DNA of 64,000 nt from Octopus vulgaris. Its lineage: Eukaryota. Positions within the stretch are counted from its first letter, which is position 1, and each line of letters opens with the position of its first letter. The notes beneath the pieces are model-generated. The model searched no databases and was not told the DNA's origin. It was given only the letters and a program-made list of their open reading frames with translations. The stretch spans positions 98,890,001 through 98,954,000 of the forward strand of contig OX597816.1 in assembly GCA_951406725.2 (NCBI GenBank). The letters run 5' to 3'. A program made the translations under genes and the position numbers. Shown here piece by piece: positions 13,384 to 25,671 of the stretch.

Positions 13384-14464
13384 ACATAATTCAAACGGCC
13401 ATGAATCAGATAGACTTAGGAAGGACCTTATAGCTTTCTTTCAAAGGATGGGCTTACGGATTACGATAGATACTAACCTGAATAGTGTAGATTTTTTAGA
13501 CGTAAATTTTAATGTAAGATCGGATAGATTTAAACCTTTCCGTAAGCCCAATGAAAAGCTATCGTATATTAGCAAAGATTCGAACCATCCACCAGTTATC
13601 CTTATTAACTTAGTCAGCAATGTAGGTAGAAGAATATCTTCAATTTCTTCGGACGAGGCAGCATTCCATAATGCTGCACCTTATTACGATAGCGCATTAA
13701 AGAATAGTGGATTCTCGGAGAAGATCCAGTTCAACCAGCTTAATGCTAATAATAATGCTGCACGAAGAACTAGGACTAGGAAAGTTTTGTGGTTCAACCC
13801 GGCTTTCAATTTGGCCGTAAAGACTAATATAGGTAAGGAATTTTTGAGATTAGTCTCTAAGCATTTTAGGCAGGGTCATAAATTCTACAGAATATTTAAT
13901 AGAAGAACCCTGAAGGTTAGCTATTCTTGTTGCAGAAATTTCGCCTCTTACATTAGCCAACATAATAGGAAGCTAATTGAGATTAGACATGGTGCCGAGC
14001 CCATTAAGAAATGTAATTGCAAAAACGAAAGCTCCTGTCCGTTAGAAGGGAAATGTCTAGTGAAAGGAGTAGTTTATAGAGCCAAGGTGCAAGTGGAAGG
14101 CTCATCGGAATACAAGACATACACAGGGGCTTCAGAAAATTCATTTAAAACAAGATTTTATTCTCATAAGAATTCTTTTAAATACCCAGAGAATAGAAAG
14201 AAAACCAGCCTAGCAAAATATGTCTGGGAACTAAAAGAAAAGGAAACCCCACCTTTCAACGTGACATGGAGCATTCTGGACAGGGCGGCACCATACAGGC
14301 ATGGAGCTTACAAATATAATTTCAAGTGCAGGCTTTGCTTATTAGAAAAAATGCACATATTATTCAAAGACAATAATTCTTTGAATCAAAGAAGTGAATT
14401 AATGAACTTATGTAGGCACAAGGCTAAATTTAAAATGTCGAATATAAATATACCATATGGATAG
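13376..14464 (+). CDS. 5'-truncated PLE ORF (RT motifs 6-7 and thumb, CxCx5C linker, GIY-YIG endonuclease), 362 aa from the ATG
   Basis: VDFLDVNF...FRKP...SNHPP (PLE RT end), CNCKNESSCPLEGKC, GVVYRA...YTGASE..FKTRFYSH (GIY-YIG-like) and C-terminal CRLC...RSELMNLCRH. The catalytic YxDD motif is absent. Confidence 0.9.
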   Translation: MSIHNSNGHESDRLRKDLIAFFQRMGLRITIDTNLNSVDFLDVNFNVRSDRFKPFRKPNEKLSYISKDSNHPPVILINLVSNVGRRISSISSDEAAFHNAAPYYDSALKNSGFSEKIQFNQLNANNNAARRTRTRKVLWFNPAFNLAVKTNIGKEFLRLVSKHFRQGHKFYRIFNRRTLKVSYSCCRNFASYISQHNRKLIEIRHGAEPIKKCNCKNESSCPLEGKCLVKGVVYRAKVQVEGSSEYKTYTGASENSFKTRFYSHKNSFKYPENRKKTSLAKYVWELKEKETPPFNVTWSILDRAAPYRHGAYKYNFKCRLCLLEKMHILFKDNNSLNQRSELMNLCRHKAKFKMSNINIPYG

Positions 14465-15469
14465 AGTATATATTTTGTATTTTGATTTTTTGATTTTGAT
14501 TTTGACTCTTGAGCGCTACAACGGACCTATAGCAAAGTCTTATTATTTCTACATATATATTAGGAAAAACCTACAAACTTTGTTTTCATGTTATTGTATT
14601 GCATAAGATTACCTTGATTATTTATATTACCTTGATTATTTATAAATGACCCAAAATAGGATGTTATATTTTATTTTATAGGTCTTTCGTATATATTTTT
14701 ATTAATGCACCCATTTTTTAAAAGCAATGTTTTTTTATAAAAAAAGCAATGTTGTCAAATTTAGAATGTTTATATAAGTTTGTGTATAGCAAAGCATATG
14801 TATTTGTAAGCATGCGTATCTGTGTATGTGTAAGTGAAAGTATGCTTGTGCTTAAGCACACATATACACGACGGTATGTATATGTATCAATTCAAACTTG
14901 TGTATGTATACTGGCCTCTATAGATGCCAAATAACATCGCTACAAGTTTTTTCTCCACCCCTCCTCCGTTCCTTTTTCTCTCTTTCCCTTTCTTTCGTTC
15001 CCCCTCCTTGCTTCAGTATATGAGAATTGCTACATAGATGAATTTTAGCTTGCGTGCGAGACGGTTTGCGTGAATATATGTACACATGCTTTTATGTGTA
15101 TAATTTAGATTCATATTCATACGTCTGTATATGTATGTATGGCGTTTACGCGCATCCTTTTGTGTATGTTGATATATATATGTGGATTTTAATATAAATA
15201 TGTATTGCAGTATTTATAACAGGTTTAATTTCTATGCATTAATTTGTACTGTCTTCATTAACGGCAACAGGTTTTTTCCTCGGTATTTTCCGCGGATTTT
15301 ATAATTTTTATAAGTTTTTATATATATATACATATATTTTTGACCTTTTTGTTTATCGCTCGAAGATTGACCGTTTTTTCTAAAGGGCCAATCAAACAAG
15401 TCCATTTCTTTTTAAAGGTGTAGCGTTTGTAAGAGTATAGATTGAATTAATATATATGTTCCATTCTAG

Positions 15470-15519
15470 CAAAAACTGTCTGATGAACGGCAACGAGAAA
15501 CTCAGAGTAACAGATTTTG
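15470..15519 (+). ncRNA. Type I hammerhead ribozyme motif (right-arm copy)
   Basis: Core CTGATGA (15480-15486) and GAAA (15497-15500); stem II CG-GCAA-CG; stem III ACTC-A-GAGT; predicted cleavage after GUA (15509); stem I CAAAA-A-CTGT pairs with ACAG-A-TTTTG. Confidence 0.82.
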
Positions 15520-15545
15520 TTGAATTTTCTGCTGCTTAAAATAAA

Positions 15546-15585
<40 letters not shown>

Positions 15586-17027
15586 CTTTTCCAAGGTGAT
15601 AACATAATTACAATTCACGGCTGTGGGAAGTTTTATTTCAGAAAAAAGATAATTTCTGTAGTAACCAATATAAAGAGGTTGCCTTATTGTAGTATCTTTA
15701 TTAAAATCACAAATCATATCACAAATAGATTATATCAGAAAAGGTAAGGTTGGATGATAAAAGCCAGCGATGGGATTTGTTTTCTCGTTTGACATATTCG
15801 ACTTCCTTACTCAAAATACAGTTGCGGTGAGCTTGTAAAAGCTACGCTTTGAGCTCCGATTCTTCTTTGATGGAAATCTATTTCACTTCCTTTAGTAATT
15901 CTTATTTTAAAATTTGTTAATATTTTCCTGTTGAAAATGTGATAATTGGCTAAATAATACAACGTCCTGTTTGCACTTGTGTTTGTGAAATGCCAAAACA
16001 TTAACACGCACCTCTGCCCAAATCTGTTTAGATGTAAATTTTCAACGTAATTATAACTTTCGTCATGGGTTAGTAAAGTGAGATTCAGTAAGATTGGATA
16101 AGTCCACAAGAGATTCTTTCATCGATTCAACAAAAGCGTATGATAGCAGAACAAAAATTCTATTAATCAGACGTCGTGATAGATAATTGTCTGATTTTAT
16201 AATATAATAATGTGGAGATAATCCCTTTTACATATAATATTTTCATAACCTTCATTGATTAATAATACATTCATATGCATGACCCCTGCGTATCAACGCC
16301 GATTCTTTTCTGTTATTGCTTACCCATGAGTAAAAGCAGTGCCCATAATGCTATAAAGGGCACAAGTGACACTTTTTATTAAAAGCACATTAATTGTTCG
16401 CTCAATCACATATTTCTCAAGGATAGAGAGAAATTCATTTAGCTAATTTACATTTTGATATTAATGCACTTTGAGAAAGCTAAGAACACAAGAATATCAA
16501 TTACCACTTGTAGAATAAGATATATTATATTGTATTTCAGTCAAGTATCATTTCAAGCCCAGACAGCAATAAGCAGGAAATAGAAATGTGAAAACTAGGA
16601 CCAGCTTGATGGTAAAAGAAAATTCGTAAACACCAATTTTTGAAGTGATTCTTTCTCACGACAGTAGACTCACCATGGCAAGCATTCAAAACTTCTTTAT
16701 CATGGACGGCAACACATTGACGATTAAAAGGCTGGCGCAAATTTTTTAGCTTGATGCAACAGAGAATTCCTAAACACCCGCTCTTTGAAATTTTAATCCC
16801 CTTCCAGCCCCATTTAGACCCCTTTTCACATTTTGGTTAATATAACCCGATTTCATTCGGGTGTACTGGGGCCACATTTTATAAGATGAGGAATTTTGTC
16901 CTAGAGGTGACGCCTTTCATTTGAGGAACAAAATAGTTGTGATGCAAACTTGTCAGCACCTTTAACATAGGTGTGCATATTTTCAGGTGAATCGACCGAC
17001 TACGTAATGCACACATATATATATGTG

Positions 17028-17063
<36 letters not shown>

Positions 17064-17206
17064 CACGCATTATATATACAAATGTATACAAATGAGATAT
17101 ATATCTGTATAAATTCAATTAGAGATAAAACCACTAATAGGCAGATCAAACAGTGAAAAACCAAAAACAAAAACATAAAAAAAGAAAATATAACATAGAA
17201 AATATA

Positions 17207-18342
17207 TCTATATATATAAAACTGTAGTTGTGTGAGTGTCTGTCCCCTTCGATTTAGATTCCTAACTACTCCCAAATTTTGCGGTGCAGTTTAACTAAAT
17301 TCGGGTATCTTATAGTCGTGATTCATATCGAGCCCGTCTGGGTATTAGCGCGCGTCTACGATGAGTGTACGATTTTTAAAATAATTTAACATCATTTTTT
17401 TATTCCATTTTAATGCATATTTTTTCGTGTGTCGATGGCGGCGGAGTTGGCGTCCACGCTCACGCCTGCACCTGTGTTGCTTCTCCCCCTTCTTCCCTCC
17501 CTCGTGAAGCTGTGGGGAAGGGAGTGTAAGGAAATCAACGTCGTAATGCGTTGTGAAGGAGACCAGCGTTCTTTTAGAACAACGACTTCATGGCTTGAAG
17601 TCGCCAAAACAGAAATCGCTAAAAAAGCTGAAACAGATCCACAAAAACGGCAAAAACCGCCACACAGGGCAGGTTTCCTGTGCAAACAATTTGCACAACC
17701 GAATGTTTTAGTTGTTGCACAAATCTTTATATATAAAAGTAAGGTTGTGTGTCTGTCTCCTACGATTTAGATTCCTAACTACTCCCACATTTTGCGGTGC
17801 AGTGTAACCAAAACCGGGTATCTTATAGTCGTGATTCATATCGAGCCCTTCTGGGTATTAGCGCGCGTCTACGATGAGTCTACGATTTAAAAAAAAATTT
17901 ACCATCATTTTTTATTCCATTTTAATGCATTTTTCGCTATTATATAAGGGAAGTAACTTTCTAATAATGTCTACGATAGTCAACGATTAAAAAAAAAATT
18001 ACCATCATTTTTTTATTCCGTTTTAATGCATTTTTCGCTATTATATAAGGGAAGTAACTCTGTAAAAATGTCTACGATGAGTCAACGATTTAAAANNNNN
18101 NNNNNNNNNNNNNNNNNNNNNNNNNNNNNNNNNNNNNNNNNNNNNNNNNNNNNNNNNNNNNNNNNNNNNNNNNNNNNNNNNNNNNNNNNNNNNNNTGAGT
18201 CAACGATTTAAAAAAGAAATTACTATCATTTTTTATTCCATCTTTAATGCATTTTTTGCTATTTTTTTTGCTATAACTCACTAAAAATGCTTATATAGTT
18301 ATTTCCCTTACAAACCCGAGCAACGCCGGGCGATACTGCTAG
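17207..18342 (+). mobile_element. Composite non-autonomous Helitron with two 5' ends and one 3' end
   Basis: A|TC starts at 17207 and 17724 are followed by homologous ~200-bp blocks. Internal ~100-bp tandem repeats (TCTACGATGAGTC...TTTTAATGCAT) lead to hairpin CCCGAGCAACGCCGGG and CTAG|T at 18339-18343. Confidence 0.75.
18096..18195. other. Assembly gap (100 N) inside the Helitron tandem repeats
   Basis: Run of N. Confidence 0.99.
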
Positions 18343-18451
18343 TAAAATATAAAATTGGAAACTTTAAATTATTTAAATTGAAAATAAAAATTATGAAATT
18401 ATATTTATAATTTGTTTAAAAATATATATAACTATGAAAAAGTATGAAAAA

Positions 18452-18609
18452 GCAATGGCCTAGTGGTTAGGGCAGCGGATTCGCGGTCGCAGGATCGCGG
18501 TTTCGATTCTCAGACCGGGCGTTGTGTGTGTTTATTGAGCGAAAACACCTAAAAGCTCTACGAGGCTCCGGCAGGGGGTGGTGATCCCTGCTGTACTCTT
18601 TCACCACAA
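18452..18609 (+). mobile_element. tRNA-derived SINE, family B (3'-truncated)
   Basis: GCAATGGCCTAGTGGTTAGGGCAGCGG...GGTTTCGATTCTCAGACCGGGCG matches the copy at 5568. Confidence 0.85.
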
Positions 18610-18714
18610 TGGCGGTGCCCCAGCATGGCCACAGCTCAAGAGCTGAAACTGGAAAAACAAAAAACAAAAACAAAAAACATACATAAATACAGATATATAC
18701 ACTTTGTATATATA

Positions 18715-18980
18715 CATTATATATACATATTTATATATAGAACACACACACACACACATTATATATACATATTTATATATAGAACACACACACACACACA
18801 CACATTATATATACATATTTATATATAGAACACACACACACACATACATTATATATACATATTTATATATAGAACACACACACACACATACATTATATAT
18901 ACATATTTATATATAGAACACACACACACATACATTATATATACATATATATATAGAACACACACACACACGCACACATA
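18715..18980. repeat. Minisatellite, ~40-bp unit x ~6
   Basis: Unit CATTATATATACATATTTATATATAGAA(CA)n. Confidence 0.9.
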
Positions 18981-20069
18981 TAAATGAACGCAAGAATATC
19001 TGATTCATAATATTTGTTCTCATGCTCGTGTGTTGATTGTTGGTGACAGACATATACTTCAAAGAACGCCGCCAAAGTGATAGGAAGGTAGGAAACAGAG
19101 TCAGTGAAAAAGAAAGGAAATAGCGATAGTGACAGATACTTTAAATAACCGTAGTGGCATTCTGAAAGTTATAAATGAAGAGGAGTGACAGAGTACTGGA
19201 GGAAATAGGGTGAGGTAGGAAGATGGCCCCTAGAAACCACAGCTTTTAAGATAGGGATTTCTAAGGTAGCCACGCGCATCGTCACCTCATTCTACATGTC
19301 CCTGTAAATTTTGGAGCGAATCGGACGGGATGTAGTGACATTGAAAGCGAACCAAGCGGTAGCGAAGATATGTTTTTATGTTACTTATATCCATTTACGT
19401 TGTTTTATTTATGCATTTTTAAATTTTTCATCACCTCTCGTATCTCTTTCTATTAAATATCACCAAAAACTAAGTCTTTATGAATTTGTACCTTCGACAT
19501 TTTCTCAATCTGTAGTTTTGTCTATAACTGAAATGTAATAATGATTAAAACATGTTAAACATTTAATATTATCTTCACTGCAAAATACAAACAAATCAGC
19601 TGACAAAATGCAGAAAAATATGTCTCCAACTGCCTAATGTTTCTTTCTCTTAAACCATACAAGGAGTAGTCATCAGCTGTTCCATAAGTCTAAGAATTTT
19701 GCTTAACTCTAGTTTGTATACATAATAAATACTTATAAACTTTCTATCTACTACATCTTTTATGCCGTGCATAGAAGATGGATAAATTTTGTTATTGTTG
19801 TTTTTATCTGATGAAGGCATAAGAAGCCTACTGTAGAAACAAATCAAATTAATTCCATATACATAAGCGCGTGTGATATTCAGCATTTATTATAATATCT
19901 TTTTATTTTTACTTTCCATATGGATGCTAAATATCATGTTATGTACAAAAATTATGTATCATATTACCTAAAAGTTGTGGTATGAAACAATTCGTCTCAC
20001 ACGCACGCGCACACATACACACACATACACACACATACACACTCACACATAATATTTACTCTTGGTACT

Positions 20070-20290
20070 AAGGTGGAGAGCTGGCTGAATCGTTAACATA
20101 GTGAGCAAAAACGCATAGTGGCATTTCGTTCGTATCTACGTTCTGAGTTCAAATTCCGACGAGGTCACCTTTGCATTTAATCCTTTCGGTGTCGATAAGA
20201 TAAATATCTTTTGAGTACTGGGAACAATGTAACTGACTTAACTCCACTCCCGAAATTGCTGGCCTTGGGCCAAAATTTGAAACCAATATT
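20070..20290 (+). mobile_element. SINE, family A
   Basis: AAGGTGGAGAGCTGGCTGAATCGTTA...GAGTTCAAATTCC (B box-like)...ATCCTTTCGGTGTCGATAA...AAATTGCTGGCCTTG. Confidence 0.8.
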
Positions 20291-21131
20291 TATTCCTGAT
20301 GGAATGATATATAGACAAAGCCAGTCAAAGGCACAGTAAAACTGAAAGAACAGAGTGGGAAATAAATAGAACAGAAATAGTTTATGAGGATAAAATAAAA
20401 GGGTTGTGTAGAATGCCTTATCACAAAATGTTACACAGAAAAACAGAGAATGAGAAGCACAAATAAACAAATATGAACAAATAGACATTTCACGGATTCT
20501 GGCTTTCCATGTTTCATGATATCCACGCCGAGTAATTGCTGCTCTTTGGGTATGCACCACCGCCATCTACTTCCTATTGAAACAATGTGTCGTCCTCAAG
20601 GACTCTGTTTATAAAACTGGTGTAAACGAGTTTGATAACCTAACTAAAATTTCTTCCTATACTTAAACCATTCCCATAGTTTGTTTTCAATAGCAGTACG
20701 AATGGATTACAATGTGATATTACTCTTATTATCACAAAATCAATTTGACTGTTAGTATTCCAATGTATTTGCTCTCTACGTCCTGATAATATATCTTTGT
20801 GGGATTAAATTTGCGTTTCATCACTTCAAGGTCAATAAAGTAACCTCCCAGAACAGAAAACAATAAAGTAACCTCCCAGAACAGAAATAGAGTACTCTCC
20901 CTCCTTCTATCTTTCTCTCTTTATTCCTCTTTTCTATGAACAACGATCGTATTAGTAAGAGCAGATTTGTCCAAGAGTATCACATCGTTCCGTGTTAAGA
21001 ATCGCATTATGGCACGAATAATTGAGGAATACTCTCCAGATCACAATTACTCAACGTCTTTTGGTCGCAGACTTTTCTGCTTTCATTGCAAGTAATACTA
21101 CAACTTCAGTAACAATAATTCAAGACTAATG

Positions 21132-21570
21132 TTGACTTCAAATTTTTGCACAAGACCGACTATATTGGGTTCGATTACTTCGAACTTAGTGTTCAACTGG
21201 TACTCATTTTTCAACCCCGAAACGATGAAGGGCAATTGAATTTAGAACCTAAAGAAATGTCGGTAAGCATTTCGCTAGGCGTGCTAACGATTCTACCAGT
21301 TCGCCGCCTTATTCAATGATAATAATGAATTGAAGTTTTAGCACAAGGCCAATAATTTTGGGACAGGTATAGGTCGACTACTTCGACATCATTGCTTGAC
21401 TGGTACTTATTTTATCGACACCGAGAGGAGGAAAGGCAAAGTCGACCTCGGCGAAATCTGATCTCATAATGTAGCGACGTGCAAAATCCGCTAAGCATGT
21501 ATCAGCAAAGCTTGTTGCTGCTAAGCATTTTGACCGACGTGCTTAAGATTTTGCTAGAGCGTCGCCTTAT
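21132..21570 (-). mobile_element. Two tandem SINE family A copies (21132-21311 and 21330-21570)
   Basis: Reverse complements of the family A head and body; both end in ...CGCCTTA on the + strand. Confidence 0.75.
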
Positions 21571-24074
21571 TCAAAACCAATATTATAAACATATATGGTA
21601 CAGGAGAAAATGGTTTTAGAGGACGTATTTTTCTACCGCATAACAGCGGTTGTCAATTTCCAGCTGCTGTAATCTATGAATAATGTCAAGTAGATATCAG
21701 AAATATTATTCGAATGGAACACATGTTAAATTTGAATTCAATATTTCCATTACTACAACCACTATGCTTAAGAAGTCAAACTTGCATACATATCTTTTAA
21801 AGTAATCTAAACGATAAGAAGCTAATTCACTGTGACAGGTATACGCAAATATTTAAAAATGTATAGTGTCTATCACAAAAGAAATTATTAAAATCATTTT
21901 CTTTCTCTTTTCTTTTACTGAAGAAGTAGATATATATCAGATTGATGACTTGCAACAATCATATTCGTGTTGTATAGAATTTGATGTCAAAAGACAAGGA
22001 TATAACTTGTTCTTAGTTTGCAAATTGTTTCTGTTTTTAGGCTATGTTCTTTTTTTTAATATACAGAACCGATTCGTATTCAAGTAGAAATATCAATAAT
22101 ACCATGACGTGAAAAAGGTGGAAGGCTTCATGAGGGAGAAAACGTGAATAATATCGGATTTCATGTCAAAAATCAGTATTTTATATATTCAAAAGCAATA
22201 AGATGGCAGAAAGATTACAGCAACTAAAGACCGCTTTAAGATTGTACATAGTGTACAGTTCACACGCATTTATTTTCGTGTAACCTCAGTGAAATTAATG
22301 ATAGTGGATTTCCCACCACTCTCGGTGATAAGCATGGTTTTGCAACCAAGAGAATGCTTGGATAATTAGCGTTCCCTAGACATGTGAACTCTTGACGCGG
22401 TTTAAGTTGTATCTGCATTACACAATACGAAAAGGTTTGGCCTTTGAATTAAAAATATGGTGGGAAAGACAGAAGAATTAATAGTGTTGGCGGAAGGGTA
22501 ATATATTGTTAGTTATAGGAAAGATTAAAGGGAATCTTAATAGGTTATATGCTCCGTGATCATAGAACCGGAATGCTTACGTGAGGTATCCCAGCTCAAT
22601 CTTCTGCCAATTCAACGTTCGTAAGAAATATATATTCACACGAACTCATGCATATGCATGTAGGTGTGTATGAATTTACTATGTATGTATTTATATGAAC
22701 AATATATATTTATGTATATGTATACATGCATATATAATAGAATAATCCATACACATATATTCATATATATTATCTATATTCATAAATATATAACATGGGT
22801 TTATAATTTTATAAATATTTATATATATATACATATGTAAATGCAGATAATAGGTGCAGGTAATTATTGGGGCACGGGGATATGTAACACACTGCCTAAA
22901 TACCAATCTTGAGAAGTTATGCTTCTCAAAAACCGGAGAGGACAAAGCTTTTCGAACACTATAGATAGAATCCATCACCAGAACAGTATCATTTATGTAC
23001 AAATGAGCATGTTTAGATATGCAACAATATGCATGAGAATATATACATAAAACAAAACATACCAGTCAACACATATATTCAAATTCCAATAAAGAAGCCT
23101 TGGATGTAGATTCGAAACCTGCTCTTTCTCTTTTGGCAAGAAGTTTTGAAATAAAACTGGATAATGACGTACACACATCCATACATGCATGTATATCGAT
23201 ATTTAATTGTAAGATTCCAAAATCTAAGAGTAGGAAGTTTGTAAGCTTCAAGCAGTATATGATAGGTAGAAAAACAATAATAATTTATTGTTGAAGAACA
23301 ATAATAATATATTGGCGTCGAAGGCTGTAGACTTTGCCCATATCTAAAATGCGGAGTACTCATAAGGCCCAAGATATGGTATACATGTGTGTGTGTGTGT
23401 GTACATATCGTACATAGGCATTTTTATTCGTGTTACTCTAGTTCAGCGGGTCATTATGTCCCAACGGTCTCTAGACGATTCCCGCAGAGCATTGGGTGTT
23501 AAAACACCTGGAATTCATGGACAGAAGATACAACACTCTCCAATACTTAAATCAGGTGTGATTGATAGAGATTCATCGCCATTTTTGTACTGAATCGAAC
23601 CAGGGACGAATTAAATCGCCAGTCTATGACTATAGAACAATATGGAGGTATGCCTCGGCGATGAATACGCTTCCTCTCACACCTACTTTCTCCCTTCACT
23701 CCCACCCACCTGTCCTCTCTTGCTCTGACATACTTCTCTTCATTCCTATCCACCCTCTCTCTTCATCGTCACCGACCCCTACACATTCCAACCCCACCAT
23801 CCCTATATATCCCATCCCACACATTCCACTCACCCATACCCACCCTCACACCTCACTTTTACATAGCCTTATATATATATATATTATATATATAAGGATA
23901 AGATTGTTATTTAAAATACCGATCATATCAAGTGGCTAGCATGGGAATAAAAACTCATAGGTGATAACTATTATTAAAATTATAGTTAAGGGTATCTAAA
24001 AGACACCACCATGCTAGATATAGCAGCCAAAACGTGACTCTAAAACCACGTTAAATGTCCATACAGCACCAGTA

Positions 24075-24995
24075 GAGAAGAGCCATCGTCTTTGACAGAG
24101 TCGACGATAATATACTGTTAAGGAAACTATTCAACGCTGGAGTTGGTGGAAAGCTACTTTAATGGATTAGGTATTCCCACAGAAACAGGACCCAGCATGC
24201 TGTGGTGGATGGCATCCTCTCAAGACCAGCACAGGTCATCAGCGAAGTCCGGCAGCGTACTCTGCTGGGTCCACTTCTATGTATTGTCTACATCAATGAC
24301 ATTGCAGATTCCATTGAACATAGCACCATAAAAATATTTGCAGATGACTCTAAGCTCCAGGAAGTCATTAAGGGGACATATGATCGAACAATGTTTCAAC
24401 CGGACGTGTGCGCAGTAACCCAGTGGGCACAAAAAAACAATATGCAGTTGAACGAAGAATACTTTGAATTCATCCCCTTTGGAAGAGAAGGCATTCTCAA
24501 ACCGTCGGATAATATCGGAAACTTAGGTGTAACTGTCTACAGAAAACTTAGCTGCAGTGTGCACAAAAAAGTCGATGTTGCCCGCAGAATATGCTCGTGG
24601 ATCCTCAGACCTTTTCAGTCTAGAGATCATGAAACCATCACCTTTCTCTTCTTCACATTCCCTAGGCCCTACCTCGAATACTGCTCCCCATTGTGATCCC
24701 CCTACAAAAAAAACAAGACATAATGAGGATCGAAGAGGCACAATGATCAATCACAAAAAAATAAATGGCATGGTGGGACTTTATTTGGCTCAACTTAAAC
24801 AGCTGGATTGAGTGATGCATTATTTGCAAAAAGTGGAAAATGTTCCACCAATATTGTCCAACTCATATCTGTATCATGTTTACAATTCACCCAAGACTAG
24901 GCCCCCGTGCAATGCGTCCCCTACAAATGTGGGGATCACATCACACAAGAACATTGCGAAATAATTTCTTCACTGCAAATGGTCCTGCAATGTTC
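24075..24995 (+). pseudogene. Decayed CR1-like LINE RT fragment
   Basis: FDRVD, VISEVRQRTLLGPLLCIVYIND, IKIFADDSKL, NLGVTV and RPYLEYCSPL motifs. Confidence 0.88.
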
Positions 24996-25019
24996 AATGT
25001 TACATATATATATATATAC

Positions 25020-25622
25020 ACGCCCGAGTGGGTACCCGAATTACAGGAAACGTTCTGTGTGAGACGAAACCGTTTTATTTCAGGCTTTCGCCTCTAGAAG
25101 CCGTTTGATGCGACTTCACTTATCGCTTGAAGACCAACCTCGTTCAAGACGACCATCGATCTCCCGCACGAATGAAAACATCGTGAAAAGTCATCAACTG
25201 ATCTTGAAGTACCGTCAACGAACTGATGACGAACTTGTTATTACCGGTATTCCTTTGAGCGAGGAATTGTGAATGAAATTGCAGCAAATTTTGTGCCTCA
25301 CTTGATCAAAATATAAATATTAGTCACGTGTCTCACTCGATAAAAAATGAAAAGCATCGTGAACTGATAGAAGTCATCATTGGTGATGAAGGAGGTGCTA
25401 CGGAATTTACAGGTGTGGCAGAGGCGGAGAAAAATCCGACAGAGGTGTTAAAGACATAATTTTGCAAGAGCGCTAGTACTGCTCCTAAGAGTGGAAACGC
25501 ACCTGGACCAATACATTCTTTCAAACAGAGAATACTTTGAAGGCAGTAAAAGTGTAAACTTGTAAAACTAAGTGAATAAAATAACATTGCACAATTGCAG
25601 TTTATTTTGGGTACTACCTTGC

Positions 25623-25623
<1 letters not shown>
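25020..25623 (+). mobile_element. Internally deleted mariner-like transposon
   Basis: LSLEDQPRSRRPSISRTNENIVK (HTH region), KFVPHL (WVPHxL-like) and a C-terminal EYFEG; flanked by TA runs. Confidence 0.75.

Positions 25624-25671
<48 letters not shown>

Larger units (their letters stand above)
11355..15546. mobile_element. Young 5'-truncated Penelope-like element (probably Hydra clade) in inverted, palindromic configuration
   Basis: Arms 11426-13375 and 13594-15546 are near-identical reverse complements, with a 218-bp spacer and a 71-bp tail (11355-11425) on the left arm only. (TA)n flanks both sides. The element encodes the RT C-terminus plus GIY-YIG endonuclease and has terminal hammerheads. 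Confidence 0.93.

Noticed and set aside
11426-15546. Interpretation as a DNA transposon with long TIRs or as a pure assembly artefact
   Set aside because: The arms encode PLE RT/GIY-YIG sequence rather than flanking a transposase. The one-sided tail and the independent miniature at 45915-46100 with the same end favour a real PLE inversion, though long-read confirmation is still needed.
18715-18980. Regularly spaced repeats resembling a CRISPR array
   Set aside because: The 'spacers' are only (CA)n of varying length; this is a eukaryotic minisatellite with no cas genes.
19805-19850. CTGATGA...GAAAC hammerhead-like spacing
   Set aside because: Seven extra nt lie between stem II and GAAA, and there is no convincing stem I or III.
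20833-20887. 28-bp tandem duplication (similar small duplications at ~48907-48947 and ~51168-51220)
   Set aside because: Ordinary slippage duplications with no further structure.
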